NCBI RefSeq assembly: GCF_028641065.1
Contig: NW_026576120.1
Location: 124,001-188,000, forward strand
Direction: 5' to 3'
From: Leucoraja erinacea
Lineage: Eukaryota
Length of the DNA: 64,000 nucleotides
Shown: piece after piece, positions 1 through 14,470 of the stretch
Layout of the letters: each line of letters begins with the position of its first letter
Position numbering within the stretch: position 1 is the stretch's first letter
Made by a program: the position numbers and the translations under genes
The notes under the pieces: generated by a model
Told to the model about the DNA's origin: nothing
Databases searched by the model: none
Seen by the model: the letters and a program-made list of their open reading frames with translations, nothing else

Positions 1-870
1 TTGGGGAAGTCCAGGACAAGGGGTCACAGCTTAAGGATGAGGGGGAAATCCTTTAAAACCGAGATGAGAAGAACTTTTTTCACGCAGAGAGTGGTGAATC
101 TCTGGAACTCTTTGCCACAGAGAGTAGTCGAGGCCACAGTTCATTGGCTATATTTAAGAGGGAGTTAGATGTGGCCCTTGTGGCTAAGGGGATCAGAGGG
201 TATGGAGAGAAGGTAGGTACGGGATACTGAGTTGGATGATCAGCCATGATCATATTGAATGGCGGTGCAGGCTCGAAGGGCCGAATGGCCTACTCCTGCA
301 CCTAATTTCTATGTTTCTATCCAGTCAGTAGAAAGACTATACATGATTACAATCGTAACTTCACACCTCTGTACCTTTTGCCCGATGAGAGGGGAGATCA
401 AGTCAAGTCAATTCACATTTATTTATATAGCACATTTAAAAAACAACTCTCATTGGTCAAAGTGCTTTACATTTGTTATAAGAATAGCACAACAAAACAA
501 ACTACATACATATATACATGTAGCCCTCACTCAGAGGACGTCGGGAAAGGCTTGGAAGTGTAGATAAGTCTTTAAGAGGGAGTGACCAGCGAGAGACTTA
601 GGGTTCTTAATCAATGCTGGTGGCATTATAGTCACAAAGCAGAGAAACGGGCCCTTCGGCCCAACTTGCCCATACTATCCAAGATGCCCCATCAAAACTA
701 GTCCAATCAGCCCACATCGAACTAAACCTCTCCTAAACCTGTCCAAACGTCCTTGAAATAGTATATAGACACAAAGTGCTGGAGTAACAGCAGGTCAGGC
801 AGCATCCGAGTTGATTTTTTTAGTTTGGAGAAACAGCGTGGAAACAGGCTCTTTGGCCCACCGAGTCCAC

Positions 871-1390
871 AAGGACATCCTTGTGATTGAGGCAGTGCAG
901 CGTAGGTTCACCAGATTGATCCCTGGGATGGCGGGACTGTCATATGAGGAAAGATTGAAAAGACTAGGCTTGTATTCACTGGAGTTTAGAAGGATGAGGG
1001 GGAGGGGATCTTATAGAAACATATACAATTATAAAAGGACTGGACAAGCTAGATGCATGAAAAATGTTCCCAATGTTGGGCGAGTCCAGAACCAGGGGCC
1101 ACACACAGTCTTAGAATAAAGGGGAGGTCATTTAAGACTGAGGTGAGAAAAAACTTTTTCACCCAGAGAGTTGTGTGAATTTGTGGAATTCCCTGCCACA
1201 GAGGGCAGTGGAGGCCAAGTCACTGGATGGATTTAAGAGAGAGTTAGATAGAGCTCTAGGGGCTGGTGGAGTCAAGGGATATGGGGAGAAGGCAGGCACG
1301 GGTTATTGATAGGGGACGATCAGCCATGATCACAATGAATGGCGGTGCTGGCTCGAATGGCCTCCTCCTGCACCTATTCTCTATGTCTCT
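871..1390 (+). mobile_element. CR1/HER1-type LINE 3' fragment
   Basis: [31 protein letters not shown] and the conserved 3'UTR tail; boundaries approximate. Confidence 0.9.
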
Positions 1391-4300
1391 ATATTTCTAC
1401 GAGACGGCACCAACCAGCAATCCCTGTACATTAACACTATTCTACACACACTGGGGCCAATTCACAATTGAACCAAAGCCAATTAACCTGCAAACCTGTC
1501 CCGTCTTTGCCGTGTGGGAGGAAACTGGAGCTCCTGGAGAAAACCCACGCCGTCACGAGGAGAACGTACAAACTCCGCGCTCAGGATCGAACCCGGGTGT
1601 CTGGCGCTGTGAGGCAGCAACTCTTACCGCTGCGCCACCGTGGAGAACACAGACAGGCGATGAGAAGGGTCCCCAACCCTAAACGTCACCGATGAGTTAA
1701 ACCCATCTCTGCCTGCACGTGATCCATATCCCTCCGTTCTACTGCCTGTCTAGAAGCCTCTTCAACAAAACCATCCTATCTGCCTCCACCACCACCACCC
1801 CTGGCAGCATGGTCCAGGCACGCACCACTCTGTAACAAAAAACGCCCCTCACGGTACAGTGGCGTGCCGGCAGAGTTGCCCTTTTACACCGCTTATAACC
1901 ATATAACAATTACAGCACGGAAACAGGCCATCTCGGCCCTACAAGTCCGTGCCGAACAACTTTTTTTCCCTTAGTCCCACCTGCCTGCACTCATACCATA
2001 ACCCTCCATTCCCTTCTCATCCATATGCCTATCCAATTTATTTTTTAAATGATACCAACGAACCTGCCTCCACCACTTCCACTGGAAGCTCATTCCACAC
2101 CGCTACCACTCTCTGAGTAAAGAAGTTCTCCCTCGTGTTACCCCTAAACTTCTGTCCCTTAATTCTGACGTCATGTCCTCTTGTTTAAATCTTCCCTATT
2201 CTCAAAGGGAAAAGCTTGTCCACGTCAACTCTGTCTATCCCTCTCATCATTTTAAAGACCTCTATCAAGTCCCCCCTTAACCTTCTGCGCTCCAGAGAAT
2301 AAAGACCTAACTTATTGTGGTGCTGGGTCCGATCCCGACTACGGGTGCTGTCTGCACGGAGTTCGCAAGTTCTTCCCGTGACCAGCGTTTGTGTTGGCTG
2401 GTGTAAATGTGCGGGGACAGTGTGGACTCAGTGGGTCGATGGGCCTGTTTCCATGCTGTGACTCTGAACTAAACACCTCCTTTAAGCGTTGCCCTCACGC
2501 CTAGGCCTTTCTAGTCATTGACATATTCACCCTGGGGGGAAAGGTTCTGACTGTCTACCCTGTCTATGCCTCTCACTACTTTATAATCTGTCAGGCCTCC
2601 CCTCAGCCTCCGACGTTCCAGGAAAAACAATCCCAGTCTGTCCAGCCTCTCCCTGCAGCTATAACCCTGTAATCCAGGCATCGTTCTGGTAAGTGGCCCG
2701 CGGATTGTCACTGTGTCGTGGCGGAGAAGCTTGTGTGGACCTGAGATCCTGAGAGCGATGCCGTCTGGAGCTGTGCTCCTGGTAGGGCCACCCATGGCGG
2801 TAAGGTCGAGGGGGGAGGACTCTTGACAATGAGAAATCCAACCAAGACCTCAACGGTGGAACAGGCGGAGGACGATGGCTGACTTTAGTGGAGCTAACGT
2901 CACAACGGCTGGGAAGGCGGATGGATGAAGGCTGCAGCAGAAAAGGGTCTCCGGTCGTCTTGGACTCCATGCCACTGGATCCTGACCCAGATCTGTCAAG
3001 GACCCCACGTGGGGTGGCTGTCTGTGCACCAGTCTCCCCACGTTAAACAAAGTCACGCACAGGCGTCCTCCAACCCTGGAGACACCCATGGTCAGCCCTG
3101 ACCGAAGGGGGAATAAGATTCTGCCCCCTCTCAAAAGCCTCCACATCGTTCCTGCAATTGGGGGGATCCCAACACTCCAAATGCGGCCTGACCAAAGCCC
3201 TATAAAGCTGCATCGCGACCTCCAGGCTCTTGTACTCAACGCCCCGACCAATGAAGGCCAGCTCACCGTATGTACCCCTTCATTACCGCTCTGTCTGCTT
3301 GTGTTGCCACTCTCAGGGAGTTTATGGACATGGACCCCAAGATTCCTCTGTACATCAATGCTGCTCAGCCTTGCCATCTATTGAATACCTTCCACTTGCA
3401 TTTTACTCGTAACATTTCACCTCCCACTTGCTCGGATAAAACTCCATCTGCCATTTCTCTGCCCCTTTTTCTGCAGTTTAGAGAGATACAGCGTGAAAAA
3501 AGTCCGATCGCCCCGTACACTAACACCATCCTACACACTAGGGACAATTTACAATTTATACTAAGCCAAGGTAACTACAAACCAGTACGTCACAAGTTAT
3601 AAGAGTAGAATTAGGCCATTTGGCTTATTGAGTCTACTCCGCCATTCAATCATGGCTGGTCTCTGCCTCTTAATCACATTTTCCTGCTTGCTCCCCATAA
3701 CCCTTGACACACATTATAATCAAGAATTTGTCTATCTCTGCCGTAAAAATATCCACTGACTTGGCCTCCACAACCCTTTGTGGCAACGAGTTCCACAGAT
3801 TAACTATCCTCTTAAGTAAAGAAGCCTCTCCCCACCTCCTTTCTAAAAGAGCACCCTTTAATTCAGAGGCTGTGCCCTCTGGTCCTAGACTCTCCCACCA
3901 GTGGAAACATCCTTTCCACATCAACTCTATCTAGGCCTTTCATTATTCTGTAAGTTTCAATGAGGTCCCCCCACTCAACCTTCTAAACTCCAGCGAGTAC
4001 AAGTCAAGTTTATTTGTCACATACACATACGAGATGTGCAGTGAGATGAAAGTGGCAATGCTCGCGGACTTTTGTGCAAAAGACAAACAACAAAACAACC
4101 AAACAAATTATAAACACAATCATAACACACATATTCTTTTACATAATAAATAATGGAAGGAAAAAACGTTCAGTAGAGTTAGTCCCTGGTGAGATAGGCG
4201 TTTACAGTCCGAATTGCCTCTGGGAAGAAACTCCTTCTCAACCTCTCCGTTCTCACCGCATGGCAACGGAGGCGTTCAGGCCCAGTGCTGGCAAACGCTC

Positions 4301-5075
4301 ATCATATGTTCACCCACTCATTCCTGGAATCATTCTTGTATACCTCCTCTGGGCCCTCTCCAGAGCCAGCACACCCTTCCTCAGATATGGGGCCCAAGTT
4401 TGCTCACAATATTCCAAATATAACCTGACCAGCATCTTATAGAGCCTCAGCATTACACCTCTGTTGTTGTATTCCAGTCCTCTTGATATAAAGGCTGGCA
4501 TTAAATTTGCCTACCGATTCGACTTGCAAAATGGACTTTTTGGGAATCCTGCACCAGCTCCCAGTCCCTTTGCACCTCCGATTCCTGGATTCTCTCTCCA
4601 TTTAGAAAATAGTCTCGGCCTCTATTCCTGCTACCAAAATGCATGACTCCGCACTTTGCTACACTGAATTTCATGTCACTTCTCTGCCAACTTCCCCCTC
4701 TCTCTTACAATCCCCACCCTCTTCAATCTCACACTCTCCCTCTGGGCTTATATTCACTGGAATTTAGGATGAGAGGTGATCTTCTTGAAACATTTAAAAT
4801 TCTAAAAGAACAGTCTCGACCCAAAACATCGGCCATTCCTTCTCTCCAGAAATGCTGCCTGACCCACTGAGTTACTCCAGCACTTTGTGTCTATCTTTGG
4901 TTTAAACCAGCATCTGCAGTTCCTTCCAACATATGGATGTGGAGAGGATGTTTCCACTGGTGGGAGAGTCTAGGACCAAGAGGGAAGAGTGTTTTATTGT
5001 CATATGGCAATAGACAATAGGTGCAGGAGTAGGCCATTCAGCCCTTCCAGCCAGCACCGCCATTCAATGTGATCA

Positions 5076-5298
5076 TAATAATATAATAATAATAATCTTA
5101 TTTATATAGCACATTTTCAGTCAACTTGCATTGACCCCAAAGTGCTTCACATAATTACATTACATTACACACAGGCAAAGGTGGGTGAAGTGTCTTGCCC
5201 GAAGGACACAACGACAGTATGCACTCCAAGCGGGATTCGAACCGGCTACCTTCCGGTCGCCAGCCGAACACTTAGCCCATTGTGCCATCTGTCGCCCC
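5076..5298 (-). mobile_element. tRNA-derived SINE nested in a CR1 tail
   Basis: Minus strand has TGGCACAATGG (A box), GGTTCGAATCC (B box) and a (TTA)n-type tail. Confidence 0.7.
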
Positions 5299-7440
5299 GG
5301 TCAGATGGCACAATGGGCCATGCCATCTGTCGTCATGGCTGATCATCCCCAATCAGTACCCCGTTTCTGCCTTCTCCCCATATCCCCTGACTCCGCTATC
5401 TTTAAGAGCCCTATCTAGCTCTCTCTTGAACGCATCCGGAGAACCGGCCTCCACCGCCCTCTGAGGCAGAGAATTCCACAGACTCACAACTCTCTGTGAG
5501 AAAAAGTGTTTCCTCGTCTCCGTTCTAAATGGCCGACCCCTTATTCTTAAACTGTGGCCCCAGATGGAACAATTAAATTCTTGCTACAGCACAACAAAAT
5601 ATGCAATCATAACAAATAATATTACACAAACTCAGGGGGAAAAAACACAATAACAATGCAATAATAATAATAGTCTATCTTCGGTTTAAACCAGCATCTG
5701 CAGTTCCTTCCTACACATAGTTTAAGCATTTTTGCTCTGATAATGGGAAGTGAGGAATTTGGCAGTGGGGAGGGAGACACAGCCTTGGAATCACCCCCCC
5801 CCCCCCCCCCCCCCACCCACCACGTCAGGGCTGTCTGGCACCTCGTCTGCCTCTGGGCTGAGGTGTGTGGGGGGGGGGGGGGGGGGGGGGGGAGGGGAGA
5901 GAGATATGTGCACACATTCAACACACAGAGGTTCTGGCCTGTGGAATGTGGGGGAGCACTGAGACTGAACAGGAGAGAGGATAGAGGGAGGGGAGAAAGG
6001 CAGAGGAGGGAGAAGAAGAGAGAGAGAGAGGAGAGGAGGAGAGAGAGGGGAGGGGGAAGTCGGAGGGTAGGGGGGGGAGGGGGAGTGAGGGAAGGAGAGG
6101 GGGGGGGGGAGGGAGGACAATGGAGAGGGAGAGGGAATGGGATGGAGGGGGAAGGAGAGAACGGGGGAGGGAGGGGGGGGGGAAGGAGAGAAGGGAATGG
6201 AGGGGGAGGAGAGAGAGGGGTGGAGGGAGGGTAGGAGAGAGAAGGGGGGGGAAATAGGGAATGGAGGGGGAGAGAGAGAAGGAGAGGAGGGGAGGGGGGA
6301 GAGAGGGGAAGGGAGAGGGGAGGAGAGGGAATGGAGGGGGGGAAAGGGGAGGGAGGGGGCAGGGGGGGAGAGGGGGAATGGAGGGGGAAGGGGGAGGAGA
6401 GAATGGGGGAGGAAGGTGAGAAGGGAATGGAGGGGGAGGAGAGAAGGGGGAGGAGGGTGGAGGGAGGGTAGGAGAGGGAAAGGGAAGGGGAGGGAGGGAA
6501 GGGGAGGGAAGAGGGAATGGAGGGGGGGGAAGAGGGAATGGGAGCGGGAGGGAGGGGAGGGGGGGGGAGAGAGAGGGGATGGAGGGGGAGGAGAGAAGGG
6601 AGGGGGAGAGAGAGAAGGGAGAGGGGGAGGTGGGTCGGTCCCGGGACAGCGCTGCCGCCCCTACAGCCCCGTCTATCCCCGGGGAACAATACAGGGAGGG
6701 CAGGGTTGGGGCAACGTTTACAAACCTCGGCCTCAGCTCACACCCGTCCACCCGGACCCCGACATCCGCTCCCGCCGCCGGCNNNNNNNNNNNNNNNNNN
6801 NNNNNNNNNNNNNNNNNNNNNNNNNNNNNNNNNNNNNNNNNNNNNNNNNNNNNNNNNNNNNNNNNNNNNNNNNNNNNNNNNNNNNNNNNNNNNNNNNNNN
6901 NNNNNNNNNNNNNNNNNCCTCTTCCTTTCTCTCCTTCCCTTTCTCTCCTCTTTTCTCCTCCTTCCCTCCCTCTTTCCCTCCCTCCCTCCCTCCCCCCTTC
7001 CCCCTCTTTCCCCTCCCTCCCTTCTTTTCTCCTTCCCTCCCTCTCTCTCTCTATTCCCTTCTCCTCCTCCTCTTATTTTCCCCCCTCTCTCCCCCTTCCC
7101 TCTCTCACCGTTTCCCCCTGTCCTCACCCTCTCTGCCTGTGTGTCCGCTTCTCTCTCTCTGTGTCTCCCTCCCCCTGTCTGTGCGAGTTAAAGGGACATT
7201 GTCCGCGGCTACAGGGACCGAGGAGGCGGCGCGATGGATCCCACGCCCACAGAACCAGAGGCCCGTCACTGGGCGGCGTGGGAGATCCCTCACTGGCCGG
7301 GGAGATCCCTCTCACAAAGACGGCCAATCACTCGGCCTTACATACATGTACAAGTGAATCTACCCGCGATTAAATCACACACACACACAATACATCACAC
7401 GCACACACAGACCTATAACCAACACACACACACACACACA

Positions 7441-7950
7441 AATCTGAGGAAGGACATTATTGCCATAGAGGGAGTGCAGAGACGGTTCACCAGACTGATT
7501 CCTGGGATGTCAGGACTGTCTTATGAAGAAAGACTGGATAGACTTGGTTTATACTCTCTAGAATTTAGGAGATTGAGGGGGGATCTTATAGAAACGTACA
7601 AAATTCTTAAGGGGTTGGACAGGCTAGATGCAGGAAGATTGTTCCCGATGTTGGGGAAGTCCAGGACAAGGGGTCACAGTTTAAGGATAAGGGGGAAATC
7701 CTTTAAAACCGAGATGAGAAAAACTTTTTTCACACAGAGAGTGGTGAATCTCTGGAACTCTCTGCCACAGAGGGTAGTCGAGGCCAGTTCATTGGCTATA
7801 TTTAAGAGGGAGTTAGTTGTGGCTAAGGGGATCAGGGGGTATGGAGAGAAGGCAGGTACGGGATACTGAGTTGGATGACAGCCATGATCATATTGAATGG
7901 CGGTGCAGGCTCGAAGGGCCGAATGGCCTCATATGCACCTAATTTCTATG
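7441..7950 (+). mobile_element. CR1/HER1-type LINE 3' fragment
   Basis: RT C-terminal peptide through FFTQRVVNLWNSLP, plus tail. Confidence 0.9.
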
Positions 7951-10124
7951 TTTTTCAGGCACGAAGGGCACACACACACACAATACATCTACCACACACA
8001 CACCACAATACACCACACACACGCACATACACACACAATACATCACCCACACACACACAATACATCACACACACNNNNNNNNNNNNNNNNNNNNNNNNNN
8101 NNNNNNNNNNNNNNNNNNNNNNNNNNNNNNNNNNNNNNNNNNNNNNNNNNNNNNNNNNNNNNNNNNNNNNNNNNNNNNNNNNNNNNNNNNNNNNNNNNNN
8201 NNNNNNNNNNNNNNNNNNNNNNNNNNNNNNNACAATACATCACACGCACACACAGAGCTATAACCAACACACAGACACACAGATACGACTACATCACACA
8301 CTATTTCACACTAAATCTACAAGCAAATTACACACACATACAATACACACACACACACAATACATCACACACACACAATACATCACACGCACACACAGAG
8401 CTATAACCAACACAGCACACACACACAACACGGATACAACTAACACACGTTGACACAGCACACACACACAACACGGATACAACTAACACACGCTGACACA
8501 GCACACACACACACAACACGGATACAACTAACACACACATCACACAAAGACACAACTAACACAACACACTTCGGGTAGATGTACAAAATCTTTTGCCCAA
8601 AGTAGGGGAATCGAGGACCAAAGGACATAGGTGTAACCATATAACAATGACAGCACGGAAACAGGCCATCTCGGCCCTTCTAGTCCGTGCCGAACACTTA
8701 CTCTCACCCAGTCCCATCTACCTGCACTCAGACCATAACCCTCCATTCCTTTCCCATCCATATAACTATCCAATTTATTTTTAAATGATAAAATCGAACC
8801 TGCCTCCACCACTTCCACTGGAAGTTCATTCCACACCGCTACCACTCTCTGAGTAAAGAAGTTTAAGGTGAAGGGGGAAAAGATTTAATAGGAATCTGAG
8901 GGGCAACTTTTTCACACAGAGTGTGGTGGGTGTATGGAACAAGCTGCCAGAGGAGGTAGTCGAGGCTGCGACTATCCCAGCGTTTAAGAAACAGTTAGAC
9001 AGGTACATGGATAGGGCAGGTTCGGAGGGATATGGACCAAAAGGCAGGCGGGCAGGTAGGCCTAGAGTAGCTGGGACATGTTGGCCAGTGTGGGCAAGAT
9101 GGGCCAAAGGGCCTATTTTGACATTGTATGACATAGAAAACAGGTGCAGGAGTAGAGGCCATTCGGCCCGTTCGAGCCAGCACCGCCATTCAATGGCTCA
9201 TCATGGCTGATCATCCCCAATCAGTACCCCGTTCCTGCCTTCCCCCCATATCCCCCGACTCCGCTATTTTTAAGAGCTCTCTCTTGAAAGTATCCAGAAG
9301 AACCTGCCTCCACTGCCCTCCGAGGCAGAGAATTCCACAGAATTAGGTTATTCAGCCCACCAAGTCTACTCCGCCATTCAATCACGACTGATCTATCTCT
9401 CCCTCCTGACCCCATCCTCCTGACTTCTCCCTGTAACCCCTGACACCCGTACTAATCAAGAATCTACCTGCCTCGGCCTTAAAAATATCCCATTCTCTTG
9501 CCCCCCACAGCCGACTGTGGCAATGAATTCCACAGATTCACCACCCGTCTCCTCATGACCCCTGACACTAGTACCAATGAATCTGTCATTCTGCTGTGAA
9601 AAAAACAATATTAAAAAATATAGTGGTGGAAATGTCCGGTTAGTTGGTTTATTGAAGAGGTGCACAGAGATGCGGTGAAACACTCGTTCAGCAAGCTATC
9701 CAGCCAGATCATACTTGCGTTTATCAAGTACAAAAGCCCTCCCACAACCTCTGAAGAGGCTGCTCGTGGCTGGAGGTTTCTTGTCTTCTCACTGTTCAGT
9801 TTAGTTTATTGTCCCGTGTGCCGAGGTCCAGTGAGAAGCTTGTGTTGCTCGCTAACCAGTCAACGGAAAGACAACACACAATCACAATCGAGCCGTTCAC
9901 AGTGTACAGATACAGATAGATAGATATAGATATGCCATTTATTGTCACTATACATGTACAATGAAATTAAAAGCTGCTCGTACTCAGTGCATACATATAA
10001 TTTAGTACAAAAAACAAGAAACAGAAAAACAAAAACAGAAGGGAGAAGGGGGGGGGATAGGTGCACAATTCTGCGGTGCTATATACATATATACAGGTGG
10101 AAGTCCGGGTGTTGGGCTATGAAG

Positions 10125-10650
10125 TCAGTGCATGTGTGAATTTGAATTCAGAGTAGTTATAATTTTCGGAAAGCAACTAGGCCTGAGTCTGTTTGTCCTG
10201 GATTTGATGCACCTATAGCGCCTTCCAGAGGGCAGCAGGTCGAACAGTCCAAACGCAGGATGGGAGCTGTCTTTGATGATCTTCTTTGCCCTGCTAAGGC
10301 AGCGGGAGGTGTAGATGTCCATCAGGGAGGGGAGAGGGCAGCCAATGATCTTCTGCGCTGTCCTAGTTACCCTCTGAAGCCTCTCCCTGTCTAGATGAGG
10401 CTAGATGCAGGAAGATTATTCCTGAAGTTGGGGAAGTCCAGGACAAGGGGTCACAGTTAGAGGATAAGGGGGAAATCTTTTAGGACCGAGATGAGAATTT
10501 TTTTTTTTCACACAGAGAGTGGTGCAGCTGCCGTACCATGCTGTAATGCAGTATGTCAGTAGGCTCTCAATGGACGAGCGGTAGAAGGTCAGCAGCAGGT
10601 TAGAGTCCAGGTTGTGCTTCCTGAGGACCCTCAGGAAGTGCAGCCGATAC
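10125..10650 (-). mobile_element. Rex1/Babar-like LINE 3' fragment, interrupted by a CR1 piece
   Basis: LHFLRVLRK...FYRSSIESLLTYCITAWYGSC and HPAFGLFDLLPSGRRYR peptides. Confidence 0.7.
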
Positions 10651-11582
10651 AGGATAAGGGAATAACGTTCAGTGCAAGGTAAAGCCAGCAAAGTCCGATC
10701 AAGGATAGTCCGAGGGTCTCCAGTGAGGTTGGTAGGGGGTCAGGACCGCTCTCAGGTTGTGGTGGGACGGTTCAGTTGCCTGATCACAGCCGGGAAGAAA
10801 CTGCCCCTGAATCTGGAGGTGTGCGTTTTCACTCTTCTGTACCTTTTGCCCGATGGGAGAGGGGAGAGGAGGCCGGGGGTGAGACTCGTCCTTTGATGAT
10901 GCCGCTGGCCTTGCCGAGGCAGCGTGAGGTGTAGATGGAGTCAATGGACGGGAGGTTGGATTGTCCTGGGCTGAGATGTCTTTGAATAAGTTAGGTCTTT
11001 ATTCTCTGGAGCGCAGAAGGTTAAGGGGGGACTTGATAGAGGTCTTTAAAATGATGAGAGGGATAGACAGAGGTGACGTGGAAAAGCTTTTCCCACTGAG
11101 AGTAGGGAAGATTCAAACAAGAGGACATGACTTCAGAATTAAGGGACAGAAGTTTAGGGGTAATATGAGGGGGAACTTCTTTACTCAGAGAGTGGTAGCG
11201 GTGTGGAATGAGCTTCCAGTGGAAGTGGTGGAGGCAGGTTCATTGGTATAATTTAAAAATAAATTGGATAAGCATATGGATGAGAAGGGAATGGAGGGTT
11301 ATGGTATGAGTGCAGGCAGGTGGGACTAAGGGGAAAAAAAGTTGTTCGGCACGGACTTGTAGGGCCGAGATGGCCTGTTTCCGTGCTGTAATTGTTATAT
11401 GGTTATATGGATGGAGCAGTTCGCAAACAAATCTGAAGCATCCCAACAAAATGCTTACTGTGGTGCATCTGTGGAGGTTGGTGAGAGTTGTAGAGGAGAT
11501 GCCGGACTCTCTACGCCTTTTGAGGAAGTAGATGCGATGGTGTGCTTTCTTGGTTGTTGCTTTAGTATACAGTAGGTGGTCT

Positions 11583-12275
11583 AGGTACACCAGTCATTGA
11601 AAGTAGGCATGCAGGTGCAGCAGGCAGTGAAGAAAGCAAATGGTATGGTTGCATTCATAGCAAAAGGATTTGAGTATAGGAGCAAGGAGGTTCTACTGTA
11701 GTTGTACAGGGTCTTGGTGAGACCACACCTGGAGTATTGCGTACAGTTTTGGTCTCCTAATCTGAGGAAAGACATTCTTGCCATAGAGGGAGTACAGAGA
11801 AGGTTCACCAGACTGATTCCTGGGATGGCAGGACTTTCATATGAAGAAAGACTGGATAGACTCGGATTGTACTCGCTAGAATTTAGAAGATTGAGGGGGG
11901 ATCTTATAGAAACTTAAGGGGTTGGACAGGCTAGATGCAGGAAGACTGTTCCCAAAGTTGGGGAAGTCCAGGACAAGGGGTCACAGTTTGAGGATAAGGG
12001 GGAAATCTTTTAGGACTGAGATGAGAATTTTTTTTTTTCACACAGAGAGTGGTGAATTTCTGGAATTCTCTGCCACAGAAGGTAGTTGAGGCCACACAGT
12101 TCATTGACTATATTTAAGAGGGAGTTAGATGTGGCCCTTGGGGCTAAAGGGATCAGGTGGTATGGAGAGAAGGCAGGTACAGGATACTGAGTTGGATGAT
12201 CAGCCATGATCATGTTGAATGGCGGTGCAGGCTCGAAGGGCCGAATGGCCTCTACTCCTGCACCTAATTTCTATA
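11583..12275 (+). mobile_element. CR1/HER1-type LINE 3' fragment
   Basis: [19 protein letters not shown] motif and tail. Confidence 0.9.
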
Positions 12276-13104
12276 TTAACTCCTGGGAATCCGATTTTTC
12301 AACCATCTCGGCACCGTCAATGTGAACGAGTCTGTGTTTCACCGAGCTCCCCGAGTCCCACTGACGGGGTTATTGTTGACACAGCAGGGAAACAGGGCCT
12401 TACACCCACCGTGTCCTTCACACATTCACACTGGCTCTCCGCTATCCCACTCCGCTACACATTGGGGGGAAATTCACCGGGGGGGGGGGGCAAATTCATC
12501 CACAAACCCACACGCACACGTCTTTGGAATGTGGGAGGAAACCAGAGGAGACTCACACAGGTCACGCTGAGTTTCATCCCACAGGCCGTCAGGACTGTGA
12601 ACTCTTATCTCACCAGCGACTCATTTACTCTTGTGTTGTGTCTTTAAAACATTTTTTTTTCTCCAAAATGTAAATACTGGTTCTGTTCTGTGTTCTGTAT
12701 TTTTTACTCAATCCGCAGACGTTGCCACTTTCATTTCACTGCACATCATGTATGTGTATGTGACAAATAACTTGACGTGTGTGACTTGACTTGAACGTAC
12801 AAACTCCACCCAGACAGCACCCGTAGACAGGGTCGACCCCGGCCTCTGACGCTGGGAGGCAGCAGCTCAAGTGCTGCATGCCCTCCTGTTTGTTTCGATT
12901 TCTGGACCCCCACCACACACTTAAAACAGCTGCTCCTCCACAGGGCTCCAGCTCAGTCCAAGAAGCTGATTCTCTGTTTTGTTTGGAGACATCGCGGCGG
13001 AAACAGGCCCTTCGGCCCACCGAGTCCATGCCGACCAGCGGTCTCCGCACACTAGCACTAGCTTACACTCTCGGGACAAATGTTACAGAGGACAAGTAAC
13101 CTAC

Positions 13105-14470
13105 AGGCTTGTATTCACTGGAGTTTAGAAGCCACATCTGGAGTATTGTGTGCAGTTTTGGCCTCCTAATTTGAGGAAGGACATCCTTGTGATTGAGGCA
13201 GTGCAGGGTAGGTTCACGAGATTGATCCCTGGGATGGCGGGACTGTCATATGAGGAAAGATTGAAAAGACTAGGCTTGTATTCACTGGAGTTTAGAAGGA
13301 TGAGGGGGCGATCTTATAGAAACATATAAAATTATAAAAGGACTGGACAAGCTAGATGCAGGAAAAATGTTCTCAATGTTGGGCGAGTCCAGAACCAGGG
13401 GCCACAGTCTTAGAATAAAGGGGAGGTCATTTAAGACTGAGGTGAGAAAAAACATTTTCACCCAGAGTTGTGAATCTGTGGAATTCCCTGCCACAGAGGG
13501 CAGTGGAGGCCAAGTCACTGGATGGATTTAAGAGAGAGTTAGATGGAGCTCTAGGGGCTGGTGGAGTCAAGGGATATGGGGAGAAGGCAGGCACGGGTTA
13601 TCGATAGGGGACGATCAGCCATGGTCACAATGAATGGCGGCGCTGGCTCGAAGGGCCGAATGGCCTCCTCCTGCACCTATTTTCTATGTTTCTACAAACC
13701 TGTATGTCTTTGGAGTGTGGGAGGAAACCGGAGCACCCGGGGAAAACCCATGCGGTCACAGGGAGAACTTGCAAACTCCGTACAGACAGCACCCACTAGT
13801 GAGGATGGAATCTATGGCTCTGGCAATGTGAGGCAGCAGCTCTACCCACTGTGCCACCCCCTTGGTTGTAGGGAAGTAGATGTTCCTGAGCCGGGTGGTG
13901 CACGAAACGACAGCCGTTCCTTCTCTCCGGAGAAGCTGCCTGCCCCGCTGAGTTACTCCAGCGTTTTGCGTACAGTTTTGGTCTCCTAATCTGAGGAAAG
14001 ACATTCTTGCCATAGAGGGAGTACAGAGAAGGTTCACCGGACTGATTCCTGGGATGTCTGGACTATCATATGAAGAAAGACTGGATAGACTCGGCTTGTA
14101 CTCGCTAGAATTTAGAAGATTGAGGGAGGGATCTTATAGAAACTTACAAAATTCTTAAGGGGTTGGACAGGCTGGATCCAGGAAGATTGCTCCCGATGTT
14201 GGGGAAGTCCAGGACAAGGGGTCACAGCTTAAGGATAAGGGGGAAATCCTTTAGAACGGAGACGAGGAAATACTTTTTCAGAGTGGTGAATCTGTGGAAT
14301 TCTCTGCCTCAGAGGCCGGTTCTCTGGATACTTTCAAGAGAGATAGAGCTCTTAAAGTTAGCGGAGTCAGGGGATATGGGGAGAAGGCAGGAACGGGGTA
14401 CTGATTGGGGATGATCAGCCGTGATCACATTGAATGGAGCATGGCCAACTCCTGCACCTGTTGTCCATTG
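13105..14470 (+). mobile_element. Two tandem CR1 3' fragments with intervening SINE pieces
   Basis: Repeated RT C-terminal motifs and tails. Confidence 0.85.

Noticed and set aside
2690-3085. Possible RTE-type LINE 5' region or structured RNA
   Set aside because: Looks like an inserted repeat inside a CR1, but the family and any fold could not be supported by eye.
5622-7373. Long Pro/Ser/Leu- and Gly/Arg/Glu-rich ORFs
   Set aside because: Translations of polypurine/polypyrimidine tracts spanning N gaps.
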